DNA of 64,000 nt from an uncultured Candidatus Rokubacteria bacterium (GCA_963747235.1 CAVVEU010000005.1:32001-96000), one strand, 5' to 3'. Shown: positions 49,761 to 60,177, counted from the stretch's first letter. The notes: generated by a model not told the origin, from the sequence alone. Numbers and translations: made by a program.

Positions 49761-49822
49761 CCCGGCAGCCTAGCACGGCCGGGCCGGCCGGCCGACGGGC
49801 ACCGTCAACCTCCCGATCCGCG

Positions 49823-51230
49823 TCAGAACCCCAGCGCCTTGCGCAGCGGGAGCCGCAGATAATGCCAGAACGCGGAGTAGCGGCGATCGAGCCGGTTCGC
49901 CACGTGGAACTGGAGCCAGAACGACCCGACGAGGGTGACGACGAGGATCGCCGAGACGATGGGCATCCGCCAGAGCGTCCGCTGATCAGGAGCCAGTACG
50001 AGATCTGACCGAGCGCCAGCAGTGATCCTTGCGAGGCGAGGAGCGACGGCGCGGCGGCGTGCGCCTGCTTCACGGTCGCCTCGACCTCGCGGGCCTGGGC
50101 GGACGGCAAGGTGCTGCTGACGATCTCGAACTCCGCGGGGATCGTGCCCGGCGCGTACCCTTCCGTGTTGCGCGCGATGCGGTCGAAGACGGTGCGATGG
50201 ACTCGAGGGGGAACCGCGTTGGCCCGGCACAGGGTCGCCGCGTCCCGCGGCAGCCAGCGGTAGAACATGCCCGCGCCGGCGCGCGAGTCGTACTGCTTGT
50301 CGTTCACGGCCACGTGGCCGCGGTACAGGTCACGCTCCGCCGCGTTGAAGCGCAGGCCGGCCGCCTCCGCCCTCGACATCATCCAGTCGAGGGTGACGAG
50401 GGACATGCCCTGGCGCGGATACCCGCCGCCCACGTTGGAATGGACCCCCGCGAACCACCTGCTCGATGCGGGCGCGATCGGTCTCGCGGGCCTGGTCCCA
50501 CAGCAACGGAAAGGAAGCTGCGCCGGGCCTCGTCGAGAGCGAGGGCGTGGCATGCCTTCCTCACCTGACCGTTCAGCGTGGTATCGGGAAACTTGAAGCG
50601 ATAGAAGAGGGCGTTGATCACATCGGTGATCCGGAACGGCATGCCCACGGCGTCGACGGTGTCCCACACGCCCACCAAGTGGATCGCGATGGCGCCCCCG
50701 GGCGCGTGCGTGGGGTGGCTGACGGAGAACCGCGCGCGGAGCGTGACGGGGTCGAGCTCGCGCTTGCCCCGCACCACGCGCGAGAGCCACGTCTGGTACT
50801 TCCGCCGGTACGCGCGATAGGCTTCGTCGATCCCGCGGGCGAACACGGTGTTCGTGTCGTAGCGCTTCAGGTCGAGGATCCCGCAGGTCGCGATGAGGCC
50901 GCCCAGCGTGCGCACCGTGAACGCGCCGCGGCTGAAGCCGAAGAGAAAGATGCGGTCGCCCGGATCGTAGACGCGCGCCAGCTCGCCGTAGAGCTGCTTG
51001 ACGTTGTGGCTCAGACCCCAGCCCGTGGCTCCCGTGACGATCCGGATCCATTTCAGGCTCTCGGTCCCCACCCCGTCGTGGTAGATCGCCACCTGGGCCT
51101 CGAGGGCGGCGGGGTTGATGTGGTGCCCGTTCTCGTCCACCGCCTCGTACAGCTTGAAGACGTTGGTGCCGCGGCCCTTGATGGTCGAGTTCCCCGTCCC
51201 GTCGGCGCAGATGACGATGTTCTTCGGCAT
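49823..51230 (-). CDS. DUF2235 (Tle1-like phospholipase) domain protein with C-terminal TM helices; about 3 frameshifts
   Basis: KNIVICADGTGN, TNVFKLY, YHDGVGT, FGFSRGAFTVR, GVWDTV, HALALDE.R, WFAGVHSNVGGGY. Confidence 0.85.
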
Positions 51231-51239
51231 GACGTCCCT

Positions 51240-51519
51240 CTAGCGTCTCGAGTAGTCGATGAAGCCGCGATTGATGGCCGCGACCTTCCGGCCGTTGCAG
51301 GGATCCGACCTTGCCGTCCACGACCAGCGCCACGCCGGTCCGGTCGGGAAAAAGCGCTTGAAACAGCCGCACCACCGCGCGAGTCCTGGCGTCGAAGACG
51401 CCGCCGGCCTCGAGCGGGCCACAGCCCCGCTCGACGAGACGCCGCTGCACCGTGGCGACCACCTTCCGATCCGGATCTCCCATCATCACGATGCGGCCGG
51501 GGTAAGGCGGGGTGCTCAT
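51240..51519 (-). pseudogene. Peptidoglycan-binding-domain gene relic, apparently missing an internal catalytic (CHAP-like) domain
   Basis: YPGRIV..GD..VVATVQRRL...GVFDARTRAVVRLFQ....VDGKVG, joined out of frame to RKVAAINRGFIDYSRR*. Confidence 0.55.
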
Positions 51520-51781
51520 GGGAGGGGTCCTCCCGTCGTCGGTCGAGTGAAGACGGTGATCGCGCGAAATCCCCCGATCTGTCAAGGGAACTCTGCCCCT
51601 ACTGTGTCACGATGATCTGCATGTCGGCATCGGCGAAGCCGCCGGCCTTGAGCCGGGCCGCCATCGCGCGCGCGCCACCGTCAGACCGGAGCCAAGTCTC
51701 ATCGCGGGTGGTAGAGTACCGAACTGCGCCTTGGTCCGTCCACGGCGTTGGTCGGTGGCCCGGGATGGGAAGGAGAGCGAC

Positions 51782-52901
51782 ATGCACTGCTGCGGTCACG
51801 CGTGGGACCGTCGGGAATGGATGTGGAGCACGCTGCTCACCACCGCCTCCGCGATGTTCGCCGGCTGCGCGGGGACCACGGTCCGACGCGCCGGCCGCGG
51901 GGGCGGCGGTGCACCCGTACGCGGCCGCGAGCCAGCTGCTCCGCGACCACGTCTCGATCGACGTGCACACGCACGCGGGCCCGAACGGCGTCACCTCTCG
52001 CACCGCGCGGCCGAGCGACGACCTCGCGCGCAGCATGCGCGCGGGCGGGATCGCGGTCCTCTGCCTGGCCGACGTGCCGGACGGGCCGATCCTGGGCCGC
52101 GACGCCAGCAACGTGCTCCGCGCGCTGCGCGAGCCCGAGCCCGGCTTCCTCTACCGGTACCACCAGGAGCGCCTCGACTGGCTCGACACGCTCACCGCCA
52201 AGCACGGGATCCGCCGCGTCCTGACCGTCGCCGATCTCGAGGCGGCCCACCGGGCGGGCGCGCCCGCCATCATCCTGGACATCGAGGGCCTGGACTTCGT
52301 CGAGGGGAAGCTCGAGCGGCTCGAGGAGTCCTACCGGCGCGGCGTGCGCACCATGCAGCTCGTCCACTACACCCCGAACGACATCGGGGACTTCCAGACC
52401 GGGGCCGTCACGCACGGCGGCCTCACCCCGTTCGGCGCCGACGTCATCCGCGCGTGCAACCGGCTGGGCGTCGTCGTGGACGTGGCGCACGCGACCGCGG
52501 ACACCGTCAAGCAGGCCGCTGCGGTCGCGAGCCGGCCGCTGCTGCTCTCGCACACCGCGCTGCGCGGCTCGCGGGCCCAGGGCGAGACGCCGCTCGTGGA
52601 GCGGCAGATCACCCCGGATCACGCGCGGGCCCTCGCCGACACCGGCGGCTCCATCGGGATCTGGCACTTCTTCGCGACGCCCGAGCTCTACGTGGACGGG
52701 CTGAAGGAGATGGCGGACGTGGTCGGCGTGGATCACGTGAGCATCGGCACCGACGCCTCGTCGAGCGCCGGCCTCTTCCCGGACTACGACCGGTTCACGA
52801 TCCTGGTGGACGCGATGCTCCGCGGCGGCTTCACCCCCGCCGACACCGCCAAGATCATCGGGGGCAACTACCTCCGGATCTTCTCAGCCTCGGTTCGCTG
52901 A
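51782..52901 (+). CDS. Membrane dipeptidase (peptidase M19) with Tat/lipoprotein-like leader; frameshift near 51890
   Basis: DRREW..FAGC leader; IDVHTH, DIEG, QLVHY, GLTPFG, DVAH, SHT, GVDHVSIGTD, GGNYLR. Confidence 0.85.
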
Positions 52902-54347
52902 TGAATGCCGCCGAGTTCGACCGCTACGACGGCCTCGGGCTGGCCGATCTGGTTCGCCGGGGCGAGGTGAAGCCGGGCGAGCTGCTCGACATGGCCGTCG
53001 CGCGCGTGGAGGCCACCAACCCGGACCTCAACGCGGTGGTCTTGCGCCTGTACGACCAGGCGCGCGCGGCGGTCGCCGCCGGCCTGCCCGCAGGGACCGT
53101 TCACCGGGGTGCCGTACCTCCTGAAGGATCTCGGCGCCCACTACGCGGGCGCGGTGACCAGCTTCGGCGGCGCGCTCTTCAAGGATTTCGTCGTGGACCA
53201 TGACAGCGAGATCACCGCGCGGCTCCGTCGCGCCGGGCTCGTCATCTTCGGCAAGACCAACACGCCGGAGATGGGGCTCGCGGCCTCGACCGAGCCGCGC
53301 CTGTTCGGTCCGACGCGCAACCCGTGGAACCTCGGTCACAGCGCGGGCGGCTCGAGCGGGGGCTCGGCGGCCGCCGTCGCGGCCGGCATGGTGCCGATGG
53401 CGCACGCCACCGACGGCGGCGGCTCGATCCGGATCCCGGCGTCCTGCTGCGGGCTCTTCGGGCTCAAGCCGACGCGGGCGCGCAATCCCATGGGCCCGGA
53501 TGCGGGCGAGGGCTGGGGCGGCGCCTCGGTCGGCCACGCCGTCACGCGGACCGTGCGCGACAGCGCGGCGCTGCTCGACGCGACGTCCGGGCCCGACATC
53601 GGCGACCCCTACTGGGCGCCGCCGCCCGCGCGGCCCTTCCTCGACGAAGTCGGCCGCGACCCGGGACGCCTGCGCATCGCCATCACGACCCGCCCCTGGA
53701 ACGGCCAGCCGGTCCACCCCGAATGCGTCGAGGCGGCGCTCGCGGCCGGGCGGCTGTGCGAGCGGCTCGGCCACCACGTGGAGGAGGCCACGCCGGACAT
53801 CAACGCCAAGGTCCTGGGCGAGGCGAGCCTCATCGTCGTCGGCGCCAATGTCCGCGCGTCCCTCGAGGCCCGCGCCGCCGCCCTCGGCCGCGAGCTAACC
53901 GCCGGCGACGTCGAGCGACTCACCTGGGCGCGCGCCATGGACGGCCACACCGCACGCGCGGCCGACTATGCGCGGTCCATCGGCGTGATCCACCGCACCG
54001 GCCGGATCGTCGGGCGCTTCTTCACCCGGTACGACATCCTGCTCTCGCCGACGATGTGCCAGCCGCCCTATCCGCTCGGCGTCCTCGACATGATGACCGA
54101 CGACGTCGAGGGGTACACGCGCGCGATCCTGGGCGCCATCGGCTTCACGTCGCTCTTCAACCACGCCGGGACCCCGGCGATGTCGGTGCCGCTCGGCTGG
54201 TCCCGGACCGGTCTGCCCATCGGCATCCAGTTCGCCGCGCCCTTCGGAGACGAAGCCACGCTCTTCCGCCTGGGCGCCCAGCTCGAGGCGGCGGAGCCCT
54301 GGGCCGGACGACGTCCTCCCGTCGCGGCATCAAGGAGACAGCCATGA
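52901..54347 (+). CDS. Amidase signature family enzyme; frameshift near 53095
   Basis: [50 protein letters not shown]. Confidence 0.92.
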
Positions 54348-56128
54348 ACGAGCGGGACATCCGGAAGCTTCTCGACGACGTCAGGGCCGGGCGTCTCTCA
54401 CGGCGCGCGTTCGTCCGGACCATGGTCGGCGTCGGCCTCACCGCGCCCCTCGCGGGCCAGATGCTCGCCGGCGTCGGCGCCGCGCGGGCCCAGACCCGTC
54501 CGCCGTTCACGCCCACGAAGCGCGGGGGCGGCGGCCAGCTCAAGGTGCTCTCGTGGGACGCGCCCGTCCTGCTCAACCCCCAGATCGCGGTCGGTCTCAA
54601 GGACTGGAACGTCTGCAACATCTTCTACGAGTCGCTCGTGGCGTTCGATCCCAGCGGCACCCTGGTGCCGGTGCTGGCCCAGGAGGTCCCGAGCCTCAGG
54701 AACGGCGGCGTGGCGAAGGACGGGATGTCGGTGACGTTCAAGCTGAAGCGCGGCGTGCAGTGGCACGACGGCAAGCCGTTCACCGCCGGCGACGTGGTCT
54801 TCAACTGGGAGTTCGCGGCGGATCCCGCCACCGGCTCGCCCTGGTTCGGCGTCTACAAGAACGTCAAGCAGATGGAGGCGCTCGACTCCCACACCGTGAG
54901 ATGCGTCTTCACCCAGCCGACCCCGTACTGGCTCACCACCGGCCTCCTCATTCCCCGGCACATCTTCGAGCCGTACAAGGGAGCCAAGGCGCGGGAGGCG
55001 CCGAACAATCTCAACCCGGTGGGGACGGGCGCGTACCGGTTCGTCGACTTCAAGCCGGGCGATCTGCTGAAGGCCGAGCTCTTTCCCGGCTACCACGTCG
55101 CCAACCGGCCGTTCTTCGACACGATCGAGGTCAAGGGCGGCGGCGACGCGGTCTCGGCGGCGCGCGCCGTGCTGCAGACCGGCGAATACGACTACGCGGT
55201 GGGAATCGCGAACATCGACGATGACGTCCTCCAGCGGCTCGAGCAGGGTGGCAAGGGCAAGGTGGCCATCGCGTTCGGCGGGCGGATCACCCACGTCCAG
55301 CTCAACCAGAGCGACCCGTGGACGGAGGTGGACGGCGAGCGCGCGAGCGTCAAGTCGGTGCACCCCTTCCTGACGGACCCGGCCGTGAAGGGCGCGCTCG
55401 CCCTTCTCGTGGACCGCGCCGGGATCCAGGAGCAGATCCTCGGCCGTCTCGGGCAGGTCGCCCCCAACTGGATCAACTACCCGGAGCGCTTCCGCTCGAA
55501 GAACATCCGGTGGGAGTTCAGCATCGACAAGGCCAACCAGCTCCTCGATGCGGGCGGGTGGAAGCGCGGCGCCGACGGGGTCCGGGGGAAGGACGGCAAG
55601 CGGCTCAAGATGGTGTTCCAGACCGTCAGCAACGCGCAGGCCCAGAAGATCCAGGCCGTCATCAAGCAGGCGGCCGCCAAGGCCGGTATCGAGATGGAGC
55701 TGAAGGCGGTGGTCGCCTCGTCGTTCTACTCCTCGGACCCCGCCAATCCCGATACCTACACGCACTTCTACGCCGATCTCCAGCTCATGACGTACCTGAT
55801 GGGGCCGCCCGATCCCGAGCGGCTCATGCGGGTCTTCACCTCGGCGGACGTGGCGACCAAGGAGAACAACTGGAACCGGTTCAATGTCTGGCGGTTCCGC
55901 AACGAGGAGTACGACCGGCTCTACCGGCAGGCGGAGACCGAGGTGGACCCGGTCAAGCGCGCGGCGATCTTCATCCGCATGAACGACCTCGTGGTCCAGA
56001 GCGGCATCATCATCCCCATCGCGCTCACCGCCAAGGCGTCGGCCATGTCGAACCGGCTGCGGGGGTTCGCGCACAACCCCTACGAGGTCGACTTCTGGTC
56101 CCTGCCCTACTGGTACCGGGAGGGGTAG
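54344..56128 (+). CDS. Peptide/nickel ABC substrate-binding protein (SBP family 5), Tat-exported
   Basis: LSRRAFVR, FKLKRGVQWHDGKPFTA.DVVFNW, PVGTGAY, KDGKRL. Confidence 0.9.
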   Translation: MNERDIRKLLDDVRAGRLSRRAFVRTMVGVGLTAPLAGQMLAGVGAARAQTRPPFTPTKRGGGGQLKVLSWDAPVLLNPQIAVGLKDWNVCNIFYESLVAFDPSGTLVPVLAQEVPSLRNGGVAKDGMSVTFKLKRGVQWHDGKPFTAGDVVFNWEFAADPATGSPWFGVYKNVKQMEALDSHTVRCVFTQPTPYWLTTGLLIPRHIFEPYKGAKAREAPNNLNPVGTGAYRFVDFKPGDLLKAELFPGYHVANRPFFDTIEVKGGGDAVSAARAVLQTGEYDYAVGIANIDDDVLQRLEQGGKGKVAIAFGGRITHVQLNQSDPWTEVDGERASVKSVHPFLTDPAVKGALALLVDRAGIQEQILGRLGQVAPNWINYPERFRSKNIRWEFSIDKANQLLDAGGWKRGADGVRGKDGKRLKMVFQTVSNAQAQKIQAVIKQAAAKAGIEMELKAVVASSFYSSDPANPDTYTHFYADLQLMTYLMGPPDPERLMRVFTSADVATKENNWNRFNVWRFRNEEYDRLYRQAETEVDPVKRAAIFIRMNDLVVQSGIIIPIALTAKASAMSNRLRGFAHNPYEVDFWSLPYWYREG

Positions 56129-56165
56129 CCCGCCGCCCGGAAACGCCCCGGCCCCAGGAGCGACC

Positions 56166-56711
56166 TCAGCGGCGAAACCGCCGGTCGAAGCCGCCGTACT
56201 GCGGATTGGGAGTGCCCACCGACGGGTGTGAGACCCACTCCTGCGCGGTGCGGTCGTAGATCCAGGCGCCCTGCCGCACATGATCGGCGACGGTACCGAT
56301 TCTCACGACCCCGTAGCTCGCATTCTCGGCATTGTATTGCTCGTACTGGTGCGAGCGAGGCAGCCGCAGGCCGTCCTGGACCAGCACACCGCGGTCAGAC
56401 ACCGAGGCCTCCCGGCGAGAATCACGGCCCGAGACGGCGTACTGCCGGCTGGGAGTACCCACCGACGGGTGCGAAACCCACTCCTGCGCGGTGCGGTCGT
56501 AGATCCACGTGCCCTGCCGCACAAGATCGGCGACGCTGCCGATTCTCACGACCCCGTAGCTGGCGGTCTCGAGGTTGTACTGCTCGTACTGATGCGAGCG
56601 GGGCAGCCGCAGACCGTCCTGGACCAGCACATCGTCCCGCTGCGCCAGCGCCGGGGTGAGGCCGGAGAACAGGAAGAAAGCCGCGAATGCGGCCAGCAGA
56701 GTGGGTTTCAT
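56166..56711 (-). CDS. Secreted hypothetical protein with two tandem copies of an unrecognised ~64-aa domain (81-aa period)
   Basis: Signal peptide MKPTLLAAFAAFFLFSGLTPALA-Q; repeat VLVQDGLRLPRSHQYEQYN...WIYDRTAQEWVSHPSVGTP twice; GGAGG RBS. Confidence 0.8.
   Translation of the reverse strand: MKPTLLAAFAAFFLFSGLTPALAQRDDVLVQDGLRLPRSHQYEQYNLETASYGVVRIGSVADLVRQGTWIYDRTAQEWVSHPSVGTPSRQYAVSGRDSRREASVSDRGVLVQDGLRLPRSHQYEQYNAENASYGVVRIGTVADHVRQGAWIYDRTAQEWVSHPSVGTPNPQYGGFDRRFRR
56196..56630. repeat. Direct repeat, about 190 nt units at a 243-nt period
   Basis: GGGAGT.CCCACCGACGGGTG..ACCCACTCCTGCGCGGTGCGGTCGTAGATCCA at 56208 and 56451. Confidence 0.9.
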
Positions 56712-56728
56712 GGAGTGGTCCTCCACAG

Positions 56729-57304
56729 TCATTTTGGTTCTGATGGCCTGCGGGCCGATATTGGACCTTGGTCCACGCGGGCGACGAGCGGCGCCCGATC
56801 CGGCTGCACGTGCCCGCAGCCGGAGCACGTGCGGAGCGCGAGGCTCGCGTCGAAGTGCTCGATGGCCGCCTTCAGCTCCCGCTCGATGTCGGCCACGTGC
56901 ATCGTGACCTCATGGAGGAGCCGATCGCACCGGTCACAGTACCAGAGGAGCGACTCGGTCTGCTCGGGCCGGCGCTTGACCTCCACCACCAGGCCCCAGG
57001 TGTCGCCCGGGCGGTGGGGCGAATGCGGGACGAGCGCGGGCAGCAGGCAGAGCTCCCCCTCGCGGATGATCCGCTCGTGCCGCCGGCCGTCCTCCATGAA
57101 CTCGAGGCGCATCGCGCCCCGCAGCATATAGAAGATCTCGTCGGACGGGTCCACGTGGAAGTCGCGGCGGGCGTTCGGTCCGCGGACGATCATCGCGGTG
57201 AACTGCGAATCCTCCCAGATCACCTTGTTGCCGACCGGCGGCTCGAAGGTGGCGCGGTTGTCGTCGATCCACTGCCACAGGTTGAAGGCAACGAGGCCTC
57301 GCAT
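56729..57304 (-). CDS. nbaC: 3-hydroxyanthranilate 3,4-dioxygenase
   Basis: FNL.QWID.N...EPPVGNK, GPNARRDFH, EIFY, VPHSP.R, rubredoxin-like CDRC and CSGC. Confidence 0.9.
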   Translation of the reverse strand: MRGLVAFNLWQWIDDNRATFEPPVGNKVIWEDSQFTAMIVRGPNARRDFHVDPSDEIFYMLRGAMRLEFMEDGRRHERIIREGELCLLPALVPHSPHRPGDTWGLVVEVKRRPEQTESLLWYCDRCDRLLHEVTMHVADIERELKAAIEHFDASLALRTCSGCGHVQPDRAPLVARVDQGPISARRPSEPK

Positions 57305-57306
57305 GG

Positions 57307-57744
57307 TCACCTCCGCAGGTAGATCACCAGCGAGACGAGGCTCATCACGATCTCGCCTTGCTGGTTGATGATCCGGCTCTCGATCTTCACGGTCCCCCGG
57401 TCGGACCGGCTCCGGGACTCGATCTTCTCGCGGATCTCCGATTCCACCGAGAGCACGTCGCCCGGGCGCACCGGCCGGATCCACTTGAGATCGTCGAAGC
57501 CCATGGCCCCCGAGGTGGCGTGCACGGGCGTCATGTGCTCGACCACCATCCGGATGAACATGGCCCCGGTGTGCCAGCCGCTCGCGATGAGCCCGCCGAA
57601 CATGCTGGCCTTCGCCGCGTCTTCGTCCAGATGGAAGGGCTGCGGGTCGAACTGACGGGCGTACTCGACGATCTCCTCCCGGGTGACTTCGTAGCGCCCG
57701 AAGCGCATGACGTCGCCGACCTGCACGTCGTCGAAGTACTTCAT
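57307..57744 (-). CDS. MaoC-family (hot-dog) dehydratase
   Basis: MKYFDD, FDPQPFHLD, FGGLIASGWHT, PVRPGD. Confidence 0.9.
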   Translation of the reverse strand: MKYFDDVQVGDVMRFGRYEVTREEIVEYARQFDPQPFHLDEDAAKASMFGGLIASGWHTGAMFIRMVVEHMTPVHATSGAMGFDDLKWIRPVRPGDVLSVESEIREKIESRSRSDRGTVKIESRIINQQGEIVMSLVSLVIYLRR

Positions 57745-58190
57745 GCCGCCGCCGGACGCCGCCGGTACATGGTGATCCCCACGATCGACACGACCACGTC
57801 TCCATGCTGGTTGATCAGCTCGTTGCGGCGGCGGATGAAGCCGATCGGCTTGCTGCGCGAGGCCCAGGTCTCGAGCACCTCGGTGCGGCCGGTGAGCACG
57901 TCGCCCGGCCGCACCGGCTTGAGCCAGCGGCAGGAGTCGAGGCCGGGCGACCCGGTGGCCGCCGCCTCTTCTCGACGATTCGCGTCCACCGAGAGGCGCA
58001 TCAGGAGGGCGCAGGTGTGCCAGCCGCTCGCGATGAGGCCGCCGAAGATGCTCCGCCGCGCCGCCTCCGGGTCGGTGTGAAACGGCTGCGGATCGTACTT
58101 CCGCGCGAAGGCGAGCACGTCGGCCTCCGTGATCGAGCACGAGCCGAGCTCGATGATCTCCCCCACCGCGAAGTCCTCCCAGTACTTCAC
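57741..58190 (-). CDS. MaoC-family (hot-dog) dehydratase, second paralog
   Basis: VKYWEDF, YDPQPFHTD, FGGLIASGWHT, WLKPVRPGD. Confidence 0.9.
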   Translation of the reverse strand: MKYWEDFAVGEIIELGSCSITEADVLAFARKYDPQPFHTDPEAARRSIFGGLIASGWHTCALLMRLSVDANRREEAAATGSPGLDSCRWLKPVRPGDVLTGRTEVLETWASRSKPIGFIRRRNELINQHGDVVVSIVGITMYRRRPAAA

Positions 58191-58924
58191 TAGCGCAGCT
58201 CGAACTCGAAGGTGCTGACCACCCGGATGCGCTTCATCGGCGTGCTGGTCGGGCTGAACGGGCCCGACTCGTCGTTGCCGTCCATCCCGAAGATCTGGAT
58301 CGAGCCCTGGTTGGCGGAGCGGATGACACCCACCTGCGCCCCCGAGTCGGCCGCGAACTGCTGCGCCGTCGCCCGGGCGTTCTTGGTGGCGTCGGCCAGG
58401 AGCTGAGGGCGCAGGTCGTTGAACTTGGAGACCACGTAGCGCGGGTTGGCCGCGCCCTCGCGCTCGCCGTCCAGGATCACGCCGGCCTTGAGCAGCTCCT
58501 CGGTCGCCCCGACCGCGGTCCGCACCAGGTCCACGTTGGGGGTCTTCACGACCACCGAGGTCGTCACCACGTAGCGCAACCGGTCGGCGGCCTGCGGCTG
58601 GCCGTACTCCCGGGCGAGCTTGTCCACCGTGCGGGTGGGCTGCCGCTCGATCTCCGCCTCCGCGAAGCCCTGCTTGCGCAGGAAGGCGACCGCCGCGTCG
58701 CGGTCCGCGCTGATGCGGGTGTGCGCGTCCTGGAGGCTCTCGCTGGCCCGGCGCAGGCCGAGCATCCAGACCGCCTGATCCGCCTTGACCTCCCGCTCCA
58801 CCAGGCCCTTCACCGTGACGACACGACTGTCGGACCGGAAGCGCATGGCCCCCTTGCCGACGAAGTAGCCGCCGATCGCGAGGCCCACCACCAGGCAGAG
58901 CCCCACGATGACCGCGGGCACCAC
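58190..58924 (-). CDS. SIMPL (DUF541) domain protein
   Basis: N-terminal TM, VTVKGLVEREVKAD.A.W, ATKNAR..A.QFA.DSG, IRSANQG, KRIRVVST. Confidence 0.88.
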   Translation of the reverse strand: MVPAVIVGLCLVVGLAIGGYFVGKGAMRFRSDSRVVTVKGLVEREVKADQAVWMLGLRRASESLQDAHTRISADRDAAVAFLRKQGFAEAEIERQPTRTVDKLAREYGQPQAADRLRYVVTTSVVVKTPNVDLVRTAVGATEELLKAGVILDGEREGAANPRYVVSKFNDLRPQLLADATKNARATAQQFAADSGAQVGVIRSANQGSIQIFGMDGNDESGPFSPTSTPMKRIRVVSTFEFELR

Positions 58925-58981
58925 CGCCGACCGATTCTCGCCCAGCCGATTGCCATGCCGCCTTGCTCCTCCCGGGTCGGG

Positions 58982-60155
58982 CTAGCCGCGACGGCTGCCC
59001 GCCCGCAGTATTCCAAGGGTCACGACCCCCGCCACCAGTCCCCAGAACGCGGAGCCGACGCCCGAGAGGGTCACCCCGGACGCGGTCACCAGAAACGTGA
59101 CGAGCGCCGGCTCGCGTTGATTCTCGTCGCGGAGCGCCGCGGCCAGCCCGTTGCCGATGGTGGCGAAGAGGGCCAGCCCGGCGATGGCGGCGACCAGCTC
59201 GCGCGGGAAGGCCGCGAAGAAGCCCGACGACGGTCGCCCCGAACAGGCCGACGACCGCATAGAAGCAGCCGGCGGCCATGGCCGCCACGTAGCGGCGGCG
59301 CGGATCCTCGTGCGCCTCGCGGCCCATGCAGATGGCGGCGGTGATGGCGGCCAGGTTCAGCGCGAAGCCCCCGAAGGGGGCCAGCGCGAGATTGGCCAGC
59401 CCGGTCCAGCCGATGATCGGCGAGATCGGCACCGCGTAGCCGGAGGCGCGGATCACCGCCACGCCGGGCACGTTCTGGGACGCCATGGTCACGACGAAGA
59501 GCGGCAGGGCCACCCCGATCAGCGCGCCGACGGTGAAGCGCGGCGTCACCCAGATCGGCGCCGCCAGCGCCAGCCGCGCCTCGTCCATGCGCAGCAGGCC
59601 CTGGCCGGCGGCCAGCGCCACGCCCACCGCCAGGGCCGCGATCACTGCGTAGCGCGGGGCCAGCCGCCGCGCCACCAGGTAGACCGCGAACATGCCGAAG
59701 GCGAGCGCGAAGCGGGTCCGCATGGCCAGGAACACGTCGAGCCCGAAGCGCAGCAGCACGCCCGCCAGCATGCCGGCGGCGATCGCCACCGGGATGCGGT
59801 CCATCGCCCGCTCGAACCAGCCCGAGAAGCCGGCGATCGTGATCAGCGCCGCCGAGACCAGGAAGGCGCCCGTGGCCTCCTCGATGGTGAGGCCCGCCGC
59901 GCTGGTGACGAGCAGGGCCGCCCCGGGGGTGGACCAGGCCGTGACCACCGGCGCCCGGTAGCGGAGCGAGAGCAGCACGCACGTCAGCCCCATCCCGAGG
60001 CCGAGCGCGAGCATCCACGAGCTGACCTGGGCCGGGGTCGCGCCGACCGCGCCCGCGGCCTGGAAGACGATCACCGCCGAGCTGGCGAATCCCACCAGCA
60101 CGGTCACGAAGCCGGCGGTCACCGCCGATACGGACAGGTCCCGGGCCAGAGACAC
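58982..60155 (-). CDS. benE: Benzoate/H+ symporter BenE family; frameshift near 59225
   Basis: AGFVTVLVGFASS, PVVTAWSTPGAALL, VTMASQNVPG, NLAAITAAIC, TFLVTASG..GSAFWGL. Confidence 0.88.
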
Positions 60156-60177
60156 CCGGCCACTATATACTCCCGGC
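60156..60177. promoter_or_regulatory. 22-nt bidirectional leaderless-type promoter between benE and the peptide ABC operon
   Basis: ACTATATACT gives TATACT on + 6 nt before GTG 60178 and TATAGT on - 6 nt before GTG 60155. Confidence 0.6.

Noticed and set aside
49823-51230. Type VI secretion locus implied by the Tle1-like domain
   Set aside because: No vgrG, PAAR, hcp, adaptor or immunity gene is visible in the window.
56166-56711. RiPP precursor with repeated cores
   Set aside because: It has a Sec signal and long domain-sized repeats, and no modifying enzymes or dedicated exporter are adjacent.
57741-60155. Apparent BenE-MaoC fusion (804 aa)
   Set aside because: Caused by the frameshift near 59225. 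The middle part is off-frame over the SIMPL gene, and the BenE C-terminus is in ORF 58982..59260.
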